A stretch of 24,000 nucleotides of DNA from Acinetobacter sp. NPDC052428. Lineage in GTDB: Bacteria > Pseudomonadota > Gammaproteobacteria > Pseudomonadales > Moraxellaceae. Numbering within the stretch: position 1 is the stretch's first letter; every line of letters starts with the position of its first letter. The notes beneath the pieces were generated by a model. It had not been told where the DNA came from. It made no database searches and saw only the letters and a list, made by a program, of their open reading frames with translations. Shown here piece by piece: positions 15,578-24,000 of this stretch. The translations under genes and the position numbers were made by a program. The stretch is from assembly GCF_044547685.1 (NCBI RefSeq), contig NZ_JBIUAT010000002.1, forward strand, positions 134,485 to 158,484, written 5' to 3'.

Positions 15578-18500
15578 ATGAAAAATATTAAAATTCAAAA
15601 ACGTCCACTACAGGATGTGAGAGAAAATCAACAAAAATTTAAACTAGGTGCATTATCAGGGGCTATTGCATTTCTAATTGCACAAAGTACAACATCATTC
15701 GCCAGTGATATAGAGATTTATACTTCCAATAGCAGTTCAGCAGCGGGTGCTGTAATTGTCATGATGTTAGATACTTCAGGGAGTATGGATGCTAAATATT
15801 TGAAAGATGCTAATACTACAGATGCTATTAAAAAAGCAGGTTGTGATTTACCTTCAGATGTTTCATATTCAAAAAGTAATGTTGTTACAGATGAGTTGGA
15901 TGCTGTACGTGGCTATACAAGAAATTATTGTAAAGCAAATTCATCTAAAAATTATTACTATCGCTCGGATAAGGAGTGGGTAAAAATTTCTGATAGAGGA
16001 TGTTGGGGGCCATGCTATCAGGAGAAAACTGTATGGTATCGCTGTGGTACGGAAGGGGTGGGTAGTGTTACTAGGAATAATGATGTTTGCTCTGTTAAAC
16101 TTACTCAGAACCCCCCAACTACTGGACTTTCTTCAGAGAATGGGAGAGGGGATAATAAATATTATTATAAACAAGAAAGTGTAAAATATTACGATCGAAT
16201 AAGTCGTTTAAAAGATGCACTTTATGATTTAGCAATGATGCCTTTATATAATGAAACAACCAAAACGGGGATTAAACCTAATGTGCATATAGGGCTGGGC
16301 ACATATCCTTATTATGGTTCCTCTTCAGATGATAATAGGAGAGGGCTGATTAAAATTCCTGTTGGAGAATGGGGGGATATAGGGTCTGATCAGCGTAAAA
16401 AAGTTTTAGATCTCATTAAGTTAGAAAGCTTTAAAGGGAGGGGGGGGACTCCAACATCATCAGCATATGCTGAAGCAGCAGCCTACTTGTTAGGAACTAC
16501 AACAGGAGGGGGAACTTATAGTGGTACCCATCTTGCTCCTGCGGGTATTTTGGATGCTTCCAAAAATTATAAGAGACCAATTAATGAGTGTACGGGAGAT
16601 GGAATTTATTTCTTAACAGATGGGCAACCACAGACAGATCCAAACTCAGATACTGCAAATTTAATGGGAAAAGCATTAGCCCTTAATGTGAATTACGCAT
16701 TTAGTGGTGGATTTACAGCTAAAGGTTCAAATGATAATTCAAATTATAAATCAGATTGGGAAGCAATAGGTTCATTTGCTAAGACGCTGAATAACCCAGT
16801 AGAATTGAAAAGGATTACCACTTTAAATAAAGAAAAAGGAATTGCAACTGCAGTTGTTGGTTTGGGTAATGTGTTCGAGGATGCGGCTAACGCAACTGAT
16901 AATGATGCAAAAAATGCTTACCAATGGGGACTGCATAGTAGTGATGGCGGTACCTATGGTAAAGGTGGTTTTACTGAAGCATCTGATTCAGCCCAAATTG
17001 TTGCGAGTTTAAACCGCTTTATTGAAGATCGAAGTGTTGATATTCCAAGTATTAGTACTGGTTCTTCTACCATTCCTTTAGACAGTTTGAATCCAGAGGT
17101 TATACAGGGATATTCATACTTCCCTCAATTTGAACCTAAGGTGAAAGACTCTGATGTTAAGCAATTGTGGTTTGGTAATTTAAAGAAATACTATGTTGTT
17201 GATAATGGTATTTTTGCTGATGAAGCAGGAACTAAAAAAGTTGTTGTGAAGAAGAGTATTCTTGCAGATTTAAAAGATATTTGGTCTAAAGGCAGCACAA
17301 TGACTTACCCTTCTGGTACATCGACTTATAAAAAGTATGGTGTATTAGGTAAGTTAAAATATGGCTTAGAAGAAGAAAAACCTGCACGCTATGTATATAC
17401 AGACTATTCATATGATGGAACAAAAGAAAGTGATAGTCGTATTGCTCAAGATCTAAGTTTGATTCAGGTTAAGCCTGCATATACAACTGACTCTAAGACA
17501 AAAAATGATGATTCTGAGCGTGTAAGAGCTTTGATGGCCTTATTGGGATATCAAATACCAGCTAATGAGTCTACAAATGGTTATGATCTAAGTAATGCAA
17601 CTACAGTCGAAGCCTTGCGCCAAATGGGAAGCAGTTTACACTCTTTGCCAGTCCTATTAACTCAGAGTGGTAAGGCAGTAGCAAAACGTAATGCATCAGG
17701 AGGAGTCTATGTAGATAGTGAAGACCGTCAAGACTACATTTTGTTTGGGACAACTCAAGGCTTATTGCATGTGGTTGATGCAGATTCTGGTGAGGAAAAA
17801 TTTAGCTTTTTACCAAAAGAGATGCTGGAAAAACAGTATGAATTACTGAAGGTGGGTGCAGGGAGTTGGAATAAAGGTAAGGCAGGTCTGTATTATGGTA
17901 TAGATGGAGAGTGGACGGCACATACGGTGTATGTCAGCAAAAATGACGGTACACTTACTGTGGATGGTATTGCTAGAGATGTTGCAGGCTCTAACTCTAG
18001 TGAAAAAGAAAATTTAAAAGGAAAACAGTGGGTTTACGGTGGTTTAAGAATGGGTGGTCGGAGTTATTATGCCCTTGACTTAACAGACCTGGACAATTCA
18101 GTCGCAAAACCGAAAGTTAAGTTTCATATTGATCCAGCGAGCAGTAGTGTTAAACGTTTGACGTATGATAAGGATGGTAACCCTCAGTTATCAGAAAAAG
18201 TCTATGATGCCTTGGCCAATATGGGTCAAAGTTGGTCAAAACCTAAATTGGATTATGTTAACTGGAAAGGTGAGCGTAAGCTCGTTATGTTTGTAGGCGG
18301 CGGTTACGACGCTGGTGGTCCAGAGGGTGATGGTCTTTATGAAAATGGTGTTCGATCAGGCTATGGTGGATATGAATATCATGATTATAAACAGGCGCAA
18401 GTTTCATGTGCTGCGGGTAATTTAAGATGTAGTACTGATAGCCGTGGTTCCGGCGTATATATGTTTGATGCTAACAATGGTGATTTACTTTGGTATGCAG

Positions 18501-19582
18501 ACTCTACTAATGGTGAAAATGGTATTGATCATGTTAAAAATGAAGACCTTAAATATAGTGTAGTAAGTGAAATTAAAACTATTGATCGAACTAATGATGG
18601 TGTAGTCGATCATATTTATTTTGGGGATTTAGCTGGTCAAGCTTTCCGTATTGATTTTAAAAATGCTGGGGGCTCTACTTTTGATTCACAAGTAACCAAA
18701 ATTTTGAATTTACATAAAACAGATGGTAAAAGCCCTCGCTTTTATTATATGCCAACATTTACAGCACATCACAGTGCGGGGAAATTGGAAGGCGGTAATA
18801 TAGTCGTTGCATCTTTTGTCTCAGGGAATAAAAGCTCACCATTATTGGCTACATCAGATTCTCCAACAGCAACAGGGCAGTCAAATTCAACAGGTCTGAG
18901 CTATGATGCTGTTTATGCGCTGTATGAATATGATATTCATCCAAATGGGTCTTACTATCCAGCGACACGAACAGCTGCTAAAACACTAGCGACCAGTGCT
19001 GAATCAGCAGCTGCAGCAACTCCTAATAAGACCAAGCTTAGATTGTTGACGGATATTATTAATAATAAAACAGCAACGGCTTCAAAAGGTGCAAAAATTG
19101 ATCCATCAAGTGGCTGGGGAGGTTGGTATTATCCATTTAATAAAAACTTCACAGAAGCACAAAAAGAAGCCAGTACTGTTACAGTTAGCGAAGGCATAGT
19201 AAAAGGAATTACTCCATTGGTTGCAATGGAGGGAAATTTGTATGTAACTATGTATGATGCATCTGCTACAGGTACAACATCTTCATGCGGTGCTGGTGTA
19301 AAAGGTGATAGTTTTACACAGCGGTTATGCTTACCGACAGGTGTATGCCCTGAACAGGCTAGATATACCTATCATTTAGGTGCTGGTATTGTGGGTTTAA
19401 ACGTTGGTCCAATGACTAGCTCTAAAGGGAATAAAGGGATTATTGTTCCAGATCCAGATCCAGATAATGTGAAATGTGTAGGTGCTGATTGTGCTACTAT
19501 AGGTAACCGTTTTATTCCAGCAGGTGGTTCGTTGAAATTTATTCCACATCGTTGGTATGAACGCTATTCAACGAAGGAGTGA
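15578..19582 (+). CDS. pilY1: PilY1/PilC-family pilus tip protein (ComC-like) with an N-terminal vWA domain
   Basis: Signal peptide, then vWA MIDAS elements MLDTSGSMD, GGTPT and FLTDGQP. The C-terminal beta-propeller region has an EF-hand-like Ca loop DRTNDGVVDHIYFGDLAGQAFRID (nt 18584-18610). AGGAG RBS lies 7 nt upstream. Confidence 0.9.
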   Translation: MKNIKIQKRPLQDVRENQQKFKLGALSGAIAFLIAQSTTSFASDIEIYTSNSSSAAGAVIVMMLDTSGSMDAKYLKDANTTDAIKKAGCDLPSDVSYSKSNVVTDELDAVRGYTRNYCKANSSKNYYYRSDKEWVKISDRGCWGPCYQEKTVWYRCGTEGVGSVTRNNDVCSVKLTQNPPTTGLSSENGRGDNKYYYKQESVKYYDRISRLKDALYDLAMMPLYNETTKTGIKPNVHIGLGTYPYYGSSSDDNRRGLIKIPVGEWGDIGSDQRKKVLDLIKLESFKGRGGTPTSSAYAEAAAYLLGTTTGGGTYSGTHLAPAGILDASKNYKRPINECTGDGIYFLTDGQPQTDPNSDTANLMGKALALNVNYAFSGGFTAKGSNDNSNYKSDWEAIGSFAKTLNNPVELKRITTLNKEKGIATAVVGLGNVFEDAANATDNDAKNAYQWGLHSSDGGTYGKGGFTEASDSAQIVASLNRFIEDRSVDIPSISTGSSTIPLDSLNPEVIQGYSYFPQFEPKVKDSDVKQLWFGNLKKYYVVDNGIFADEAGTKKVVVKKSILADLKDIWSKGSTMTYPSGTSTYKKYGVLGKLKYGLEEEKPARYVYTDYSYDGTKESDSRIAQDLSLIQVKPAYTTDSKTKNDDSERVRALMALLGYQIPANESTNGYDLSNATTVEALRQMGSSLHSLPVLLTQSGKAVAKRNASGGVYVDSEDRQDYILFGTTQGLLHVVDADSGEEKFSFLPKEMLEKQYELLKVGAGSWNKGKAGLYYGIDGEWTAHTVYVSKNDGTLTVDGIARDVAGSNSSEKENLKGKQWVYGGLRMGGRSYYALDLTDLDNSVAKPKVKFHIDPASSSVKRLTYDKDGNPQLSEKVYDALANMGQSWSKPKLDYVNWKGERKLVMFVGGGYDAGGPEGDGLYENGVRSGYGGYEYHDYKQAQVSCAAGNLRCSTDSRGSGVYMFDANNGDLLWYADSTNGENGIDHVKNEDLKYSVVSEIKTIDRTNDGVVDHIYFGDLAGQAFRIDFKNAGGSTFDSQVTKILNLHKTDGKSPRFYYMPTFTAHHSAGKLEGGNIVVASFVSGNKSSPLLATSDSPTATGQSNSTGLSYDAVYALYEYDIHPNGSYYPATRTAAKTLATSAESAAAATPNKTKLRLLTDIINNKTATASKGAKIDPSSGWGGWYYPFNKNFTEAQKEASTVTVSEGIVKGITPLVAMEGNLYVTMYDASATGTTSSCGAGVKGDSFTQRLCLPTGVCPEQARYTYHLGAGIVGLNVGPMTSSKGNKGIIVPDPDPDNVKCVGADCATIGNRFIPAGGSLKFIPHRWYERYSTKE
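16440..16447 (+). repeat. G8 homopolymer inside pilY1
   Basis: AAA GGG AGG GGG GGG ACT encodes KGRGGT, inside the MIDAS GGTPT motif. It is the longest G/C run I found in this AT-rich window. Confidence 0.95.
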
Positions 19583-19587
19583 AAAGA

Positions 19588-20223
19588 ATGAAATCTCCTT
19601 TTTCACAAAACAAGTCGCAGTTGGGTTTTACCTTAATTGAGTTGATGGTGGTTGTGGTGATTGTGGCGTTACTCGCTGCAATCGCTTTGCCAAGCTATCA
19701 GATTTATGTACAACGTTCACATTTGGCTCAAGCACAACAGGAAATGCAAAAGCTTGCTGAGCAATTGGAGCGACATAAAGCTAAGAACTTTAGTTATAAA
19801 GGTTTTGAGGCAAGTTATTTATATAGAGATAAAGATGGTGTTTTGAATTCAAACTTTGATACGGCTAAACAGCAAATTTCACTCCCTATTCATTCGACTA
19901 ATCCTAGTTATAGATTAAGCATTATTGGTTTTTATACGGTCAGTGAGTTTGAGAAGGATGAAGAGGGGAATGTAACCAGTACCATCAAAGATCCTGAAAT
20001 TAAAACGGATTTATTGAACAAAAAGATTGATTTTGATAAATCCTCACAGTCTGACATGTTTGCTATAGGAAGTAGCTGGGCAATAAAAGCAGAAAGTTTA
20101 GATCAAAAGAACTATGGTCTTTTATTAAATAGCTTGGGTGCCAAGTGTATGAATAAAAAAGATTATACGAAAGTAAGTTATACCTCATGTGGTAATGAGG
20201 GAGATGGAGCTGAATCATGGTAA
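19588..20223 (+). CDS. PilE-family minor pilin, long form (ComE-like)
   Basis: MKSPFSQNKSQLG|FTLIELMVVVVIVALLAAIALPSYQIYVQRS. The AAGGAG RBS lies within the last codons of pilY1. ATG 19588 is preferred to the ORF-track GTG at 19579. Confidence 0.85.
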   Translation: MKSPFSQNKSQLGFTLIELMVVVVIVALLAAIALPSYQIYVQRSHLAQAQQEMQKLAEQLERHKAKNFSYKGFEASYLYRDKDGVLNSNFDTAKQQISLPIHSTNPSYRLSIIGFYTVSEFEKDEEGNVTSTIKDPEIKTDLLNKKIDFDKSSQSDMFAIGSSWAIKAESLDQKNYGLLLNSLGAKCMNKKDYTKVSYTSCGNEGDGAESW

Positions 20224-20651
20224 AGCAAGGGTTTACGCTTATTGAATTGATGATTGTTGTTGTAATTATTGCAATATTGGCAGCCATCGCTTATCCCTCT
20301 TATCAACAATATAAAATCAAGATGAATCGAGCAGAAGCCCAATCAGAAATGATGTTCATTGCAGAAAGAATGAATGCTTATAAAGGGATGAATGGTTCTT
20401 TTTCGGGGGCAACAATTGCTCAAATATATGGATCAGCGGTTACACCGAAACAAGGTACTGCTTTGTATAGTTTAAGTTTTGATGCTGTTTTAACTAATAC
20501 AACAAGTTGGACGTTAATTGCAAAGCCAATCACAGGAACCTTACAGGCTGGTGATGGGTGGGTGTGTTTGAATAATAAATCTGAAAAATACTGGGCGAAA
20601 GGAGCATCAAGTTGTGCATTATCGCCAAACTCCAACTGGGATGGTAAATAA
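20217..20651 (+). CDS. pilE: Type IV minor pilin PilE (ComF-like)
   Basis: MVKQG|[27 protein letters not shown]. It overlaps the upstream gene by 7 nt and has the C-terminal pattern GDGWVCLNN...C. Confidence 0.85.
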   Translation: MVKQGFTLIELMIVVVIIAILAAIAYPSYQQYKIKMNRAEAQSEMMFIAERMNAYKGMNGSFSGATIAQIYGSAVTPKQGTALYSLSFDAVLTNTTSWTLIAKPITGTLQAGDGWVCLNNKSEKYWAKGASSCALSPNSNWDGK

Positions 20652-20789
20652 ATCCAAAATTGTAGCCAAACACTTTTTGATCTTTCATTCAGGGCAAAGT
20701 TCAAGTAAAATACTGCCCTCTATGAAAGGGGTTTGAGCTGTATCGATGGTCGGTACAAGGATAATCCGTAAAAACTATAAGGTTCTATC

Positions 20790-21047
20790 ATGGTTGTTAT
20801 TCGTCTTGCACGCGGTGGTGCTAAAAAACGTCCGTTCTATCAAATCATTGTGACTGATAGCCGTAATGCACGTGACGGTCGTTTCATCGAACGTATCGGT
20901 TTCTTCAACCCTACAGCTCAAGGTAAAGCAGAAAAACTTCGTTTAGATGCTGACCGTTTTGCTCACTGGGTTTCTCAAGGTGCTCAACCTTCTGATCGTG
21001 TTGCTTCTTTAGCTGCTCAAGCTAAGAAAGCTGCAGTTGCTGCATAA
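20790..21047 (+). CDS. rpsP: 30S ribosomal protein S16
   Basis: [41 protein letters not shown]. Confidence 0.97.
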   Translation: MVVIRLARGGAKKRPFYQIIVTDSRNARDGRFIERIGFFNPTAQGKAEKLRLDADRFAHWVSQGAQPSDRVASLAAQAKKAAVAA

Positions 21048-21077
21048 TTTTTATATAAATTAGGTAGTAGCTTGCCC

Positions 21078-21626
21078 ATGACACCAACACAGAATGTTCC
21101 CGAAGATCGTATTCAGATTGGACAGTTGCGTTCAGCATATGGATTAAATGGGTGGCTCTGGGTCTATTCCAATACAGAACCTATGAGCAACATATTTGAC
21201 TATCTGCCTTGGTACATTGAGACCAAAGCAGGTTGGCAAATTGTCGATGTAAAACGTTGGAAACCACATGGTAAAGGCCTGGTAGTTTCGCTTAAAGGTG
21301 TGAGTGATCGCACTGGTGCAGACGAACTGGTTGGCTCCAATGTCTGGATCTCTAAATCGCAACTGCCTCAAGCAGGCGTAGATGAGTACTATTGGTCTGA
21401 TTTAAAAGGTCTAACTGTGTTAGGTCTGGACGATCAGGAACAAGAAGTCAATCTCGGTCAAATTTTTGAGCTGTTTGAAACAGGTGCTAACGATGTGATG
21501 GTGGTTCGCGCAACTGCCGACAGCATCGACGGCGAAGAGCGAATGATCCCATGGCATAAAGATGTGGTGCAACGCGTTGATCTTGAAGCTGGTCGTATCT
21601 ACGTCAATTGGGGCGTAGACTACTAA
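21078..21626 (+). CDS. rimM: Ribosome maturation factor RimM
   Basis: [22 protein letters not shown]...IFDYLPWYI...YYWSDL.G..V and [13 protein letters not shown] 21078 has better RBS spacing (AGGTAG) than TTG 21072. Confidence 0.92.
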   Translation: MTPTQNVPEDRIQIGQLRSAYGLNGWLWVYSNTEPMSNIFDYLPWYIETKAGWQIVDVKRWKPHGKGLVVSLKGVSDRTGADELVGSNVWISKSQLPQAGVDEYYWSDLKGLTVLGLDDQEQEVNLGQIFELFETGANDVMVVRATADSIDGEERMIPWHKDVVQRVDLEAGRIYVNWGVDY

Positions 21627-21654
21627 GAATTTTTCGGAAATACGGGAGTCTGCG

Positions 21655-22389
21655 ATGTTTTTTGCAGTCATTACGCTTTTTCCTGAAATGTTTGAAGCGA
21701 TTACAGCCTATGGGATTAGCGGGCGCGCAGCAAAACGTGAGTTGATGCAAATTCATTGCATCAATCCTCGCGATTATGCGACGGGCAACTATAAACGGGT
21801 GGATGAACGTCCATTCGGTGGTGGTCCGGGTATGGTGATGATGGCTGAGCCTCTGGCAAAAGCAATCCAGCATGCCAAAGAGCTTGCAAAGCAAGCGGGT
21901 GCAGTTCAGGTTCCTGTGGTGTATATGTCACCGCAAGGAAAAACCTTAAACGAAACTGCGGTACAGGATTTTGTCAAATATGACGGAATCATCGTACTGT
22001 GCGGACGTTATGAAGGCGTCGATGAACGTTTGATCCAGCAATATGTTGATCAGGAATGGTCAATTGGAGATTACGTCTTGTCGGGTGGTGAACTGCCTGC
22101 GATGGTTTTATTGGACAGTATTATCCGGAGACTTCCGGGTGCGATGTCTGATGAGCAGTCACACGTGCAAGACTCATTTGTGGATGGTCTTCTAGATTGC
22201 CCACAATATACCAAGCCAGATCATTTTGAAGGTTTGGATGTGCCTGAGGTGTTAAAGTCTGGGCATCATGCCAATATTGAAAAATGGCGGTTTTTGCAGC
22301 GATATCAGCGTACACTTGAACGCCGCCCAGAGTTGGTGGAAAAAGTCGAACTGACCAAGCAGCAGAAAAAATGGCTAAAAGATTTGTAA
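21655..22389 (+). CDS. trmD: tRNA (guanine37-N1)-methyltransferase
   Basis: [23 protein letters not shown]...[14 protein letters not shown]...[11 protein letters not shown]...[19 protein letters not shown]. Confidence 0.97.
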   Translation: MFFAVITLFPEMFEAITAYGISGRAAKRELMQIHCINPRDYATGNYKRVDERPFGGGPGMVMMAEPLAKAIQHAKELAKQAGAVQVPVVYMSPQGKTLNETAVQDFVKYDGIIVLCGRYEGVDERLIQQYVDQEWSIGDYVLSGGELPAMVLLDSIIRRLPGAMSDEQSHVQDSFVDGLLDCPQYTKPDHFEGLDVPEVLKSGHHANIEKWRFLQRYQRTLERRPELVEKVELTKQQKKWLKDL

Positions 22390-22574
22390 GATATTGATGA
22401 GTAATCATTTCTATCTTCAAGCAAGTACTTAAAATCATTTAAGTATTCTTTAATAGGCTCTTTATGGTTGAGATGGTCAACTATAAAGGGAAAGATAATC
22501 GGGTGTATGCGCTTTAGCCTCTATACCCAGCGATGATCAGACCTCTTCTGACTCGCACATATTGGAGATACCCC

Positions 22575-22949
22575 ATGAGTGGTAAGCATCCTTTAGTTCA
22601 AGTAATTGAAAACGCACAATTGAAACAAAATATCCCTGCTTTTGCACCAGGTGATACAGTTATTGTTCAAGTTAAAGTAAAAGAAGGCGACCGTGAGCGT
22701 TTACAGGCGTTCGAAGGCGTTGTAATTGCTAAGAAAAACCGTGGTTTGAACTCTGCGTTCACAGTACGTAAAATTTCTAGCGGTGTTGGCGTTGAGCGTG
22801 TATTCCAAACTCACTCTCCAATCGTTGCTGGTATCGAAGTGAAACGTCGTGGTGACGTTCGTCGTGCTAAACTTTACTACCTACGTGAATTGTCTGGTAA
22901 AGCTGCACGTATTCGTGAAAAATTACCAGCTCGTAAAACTAAAGCTTAA
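22575..22949 (+). CDS. rplS: 50S ribosomal protein L19
   Basis: [70 protein letters not shown] precedes ATG 22575, and the ORF-track ATG 22533 is an over-extension. Confidence 0.95.
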   Translation: MSGKHPLVQVIENAQLKQNIPAFAPGDTVIVQVKVKEGDRERLQAFEGVVIAKKNRGLNSAFTVRKISSGVGVERVFQTHSPIVAGIEVKRRGDVRRAKLYYLRELSGKAARIREKLPARKTKA

Positions 22950-22970
22950 TTTTAAGTTTTATACGAGTGA

Positions 22971-22998
22971 AAAAATGCGCCTTTGGGCGCATTTTTTA
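22971..22998 (+). terminator. Rho-independent terminator of the rpsP-rplS operon
   Basis: AAAAAATGCGCC-TTTG-GGCGCATTTTTT. Confidence 0.9.
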
Positions 22999-23018
22999 TG
23001 CCTAATTTTTATGTAGAT

Positions 23019-23330
23019 TTATTCGAAATGTTCCTGCAAAGGCAAGATCATAGCATCTAAAATATCCAAGAAAATTTTATGAATAAACATCAGGAATAAT
23101 ACAAAATATCCCCAAGACAGGAATCCTGCATTAAAAAGTTGAATGCAAATAAAACATTGTGTGATAACCAGTAAAATACTGATCCATACATTTGCGATAA
23201 TATGTCGATGACAAGAGGGGCAATAATAAGGCTCATATTTTTTAAATTGAAAAGGATTAATGACTTTTCGTTTGCAGCAGGGGCAGGTTCTTTTAAATTT
23301 GTTTTTGATTTCTATAGAACGTATCTGCAT
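23019..23330 (-). CDS. Hypothetical small membrane protein with an N-terminal CxxC-X17-CxxC zinc ribbon
   Basis: A 103-aa ORF filling the AT-rich gap between rplS and the lipase gene. CPCC-17 aa-CPSC is followed by two hydrophobic helices (VWISILLVITQCFICIQLF, WGYFVLFLMFIHKIFL). No SD is seen before ATG 23330. Confidence 0.45.
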   Translation of the reverse strand: MQIRSIEIKNKFKRTCPCCKRKVINPFQFKKYEPYYCPSCHRHIIANVWISILLVITQCFICIQLFNAGFLSWGYFVLFLMFIHKIFLDILDAMILPLQEHFE

Positions 23331-23440
23331 TTATTTTATTTCACACTTATTTTTTTATATTTGATGAATATTTTATATGCAGTTTGATCATGATTAACAA
23401 GTAAATTTTAAGAAAAAAATTAGCGAAAAATAAGATAGAA

Positions 23441-23464
23441 AAGCCTCTGAATGAATAGAGGCTT
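23441..23464 (-). terminator. Possible terminator hairpin after the lipase gene (minus strand)
   Basis: AAGCCTCT-8 nt loop-AGAGGCTT. On the minus strand it is followed by an interrupted T-rich tract (TTTTCTATCTTATTTTT). Confidence 0.4.
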
Positions 23465-23472
23465 GGGTGGTT

Positions 23473-24000
23473 TTATAAACCTTGCAGTTTTAAGCGATTG
23501 GCATGTTGACGATAGGCAGCAACCGGATCAGGTGCAAAGGTACCTTTAATGCCAAATAACAAGTTGATTTCATCCAGATGATTCCATGGATAATCATCCC
23601 GAATCGTTTTACCAAATTTGGCACTACACACTGACACGATTCCATCATTCGCGCCAGCCTTACTCGCAGAAAGCAGATCCAAGGCTTTCATGGCGGCATC
23701 GCTGACATCTAGGGGATTGGTCACGGGTTGATTGCCCGTCATTGAATACAGCGCAATGCCTTGGTCTTTATATTTGCCCTCACCACATAGACTCAGCGAA
23801 AGCCCGAGTTTAAAACGCTGGTTAAATTCGACTGTCCCTTCAATCGACGTGCTGTGTCCTGCTGCCAGAGCATTATGTGGGAAAGCTTGACCATCTAAGC
23901 CTTGTGCCCACATGATGACGTTACCAAAACTGCTGATCAGGGTATTGAGCACTTCAGATGTTCTGGTCTGATTGGCAAGTCGCATAACATCAGAAGCGAC
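23473..24000 (-). CDS. lipA: Triacylglycerol lipase, family I (C-terminal part; N-terminus is beyond the window end)
   Basis: The frame is open to nt 24000. NDGIVSVCSAKFG (catalytic Asp region) and NHLDEINLLFG (catalytic His) are present. The C-terminal YRQHANRLKLQGL closely resembles the Pseudomonas LipA C-terminus ...YRQHANRLKNASL as I recall it. Confidence 0.85.
   Translation of the reverse strand, partial: VASDVMRLANQTRTSEVLNTLISSFGNVIMWAQGLDGQAFPHNALAAGHSTSIEGTVEFNQRFKLGLSLSLCGEGKYKDQGIALYSMTGNQPVTNPLDVSDAAMKALDLLSASKAGANDGIVSVCSAKFGKTIRDDYPWNHLDEINLLFGIKGTFAPDPVAAYRQHANRLKLQGL

Noticed and set aside
21604-22438. Minus-strand ORFs of 96 aa and 105 aa overlapping trmD
   Set aside because: They are antisense shadows of a highly conserved gene.
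23202-23387. A 61-aa plus-strand ORF overlapping the zinc-ribbon ORF
   Set aside because: It is shorter and reads as low-complexity F/L/Y-rich sequence in AT-rich DNA. The minus-strand frame has the more coherent zinc-ribbon plus transmembrane architecture, though neither frame is certain.
1-24000. Looked for CRISPR arrays, tRNA/rRNA genes, integrase or att sites, toxin-antitoxin pairs and defence-island gene content
   Set aside because: I saw no regularly spaced direct repeats and no cloverleaf-like or rRNA-like segments in the intergenic gaps. Apart from tnpB, no recombinase or defence-type ORFs are present. All large ORFs are accounted for by housekeeping or pilus functions.

Overview
AT-rich chromosomal gammaproteobacterial window. 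Gene order suggests Acinetobacter/Moraxellaceae: ispH, then fimU-pilV-pilW-pilX-pilY1(comC) and two pilE-like genes, then rpsP-rimM-trmD-rplS and a lipase. gmk-rpoZ-spoT-ridA and bfd/bfr are also present. This taxon call is an inference from synteny and motifs, since no database search was possible. I call 27 protein genes, two of them truncated by the window edges. I saw no rRNA, tRNA or CRISPR array. Housekeeping blocks are a LemA-TPM-TPM operon, bfr, bfd, ridA, spoT, rpoZ, gmk, ispH, the rpsP operon and the 3' part of a family-I lipase. Accessory or variable content falls into four parts. (1) A major type IV pilin gene has a sigma-54 promoter and is followed by a TfpX/TfpZ-like accessory gene and a PglL/TfpO-like O-oligosaccharyltransferase, with intrinsic terminators between the cistrons. 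(2) A solitary IS200/IS605-family tnpB with no tnpA sits between the bfd terminator and bfr. It has a putative omega-RNA region and a Gly at the canonical RuvC-II Glu position. (3) The minor-pilin/competence operon encodes a 1334-aa PilY1/ComC with a Cys-rich insert in its vWA domain, an RGD motif and an in-frame G8 tract. (4) An orphan zinc-ribbon membrane ORF lies in an AT-rich gap. The most interesting candidates are the hybrid pilin-glycosylation module, the TnpB element and the G8 tract in pilY1. I found no clearly new multi-gene system such as a defence island. All product calls rest on motifs recognised by eye and need HMM/BLAST confirmation.
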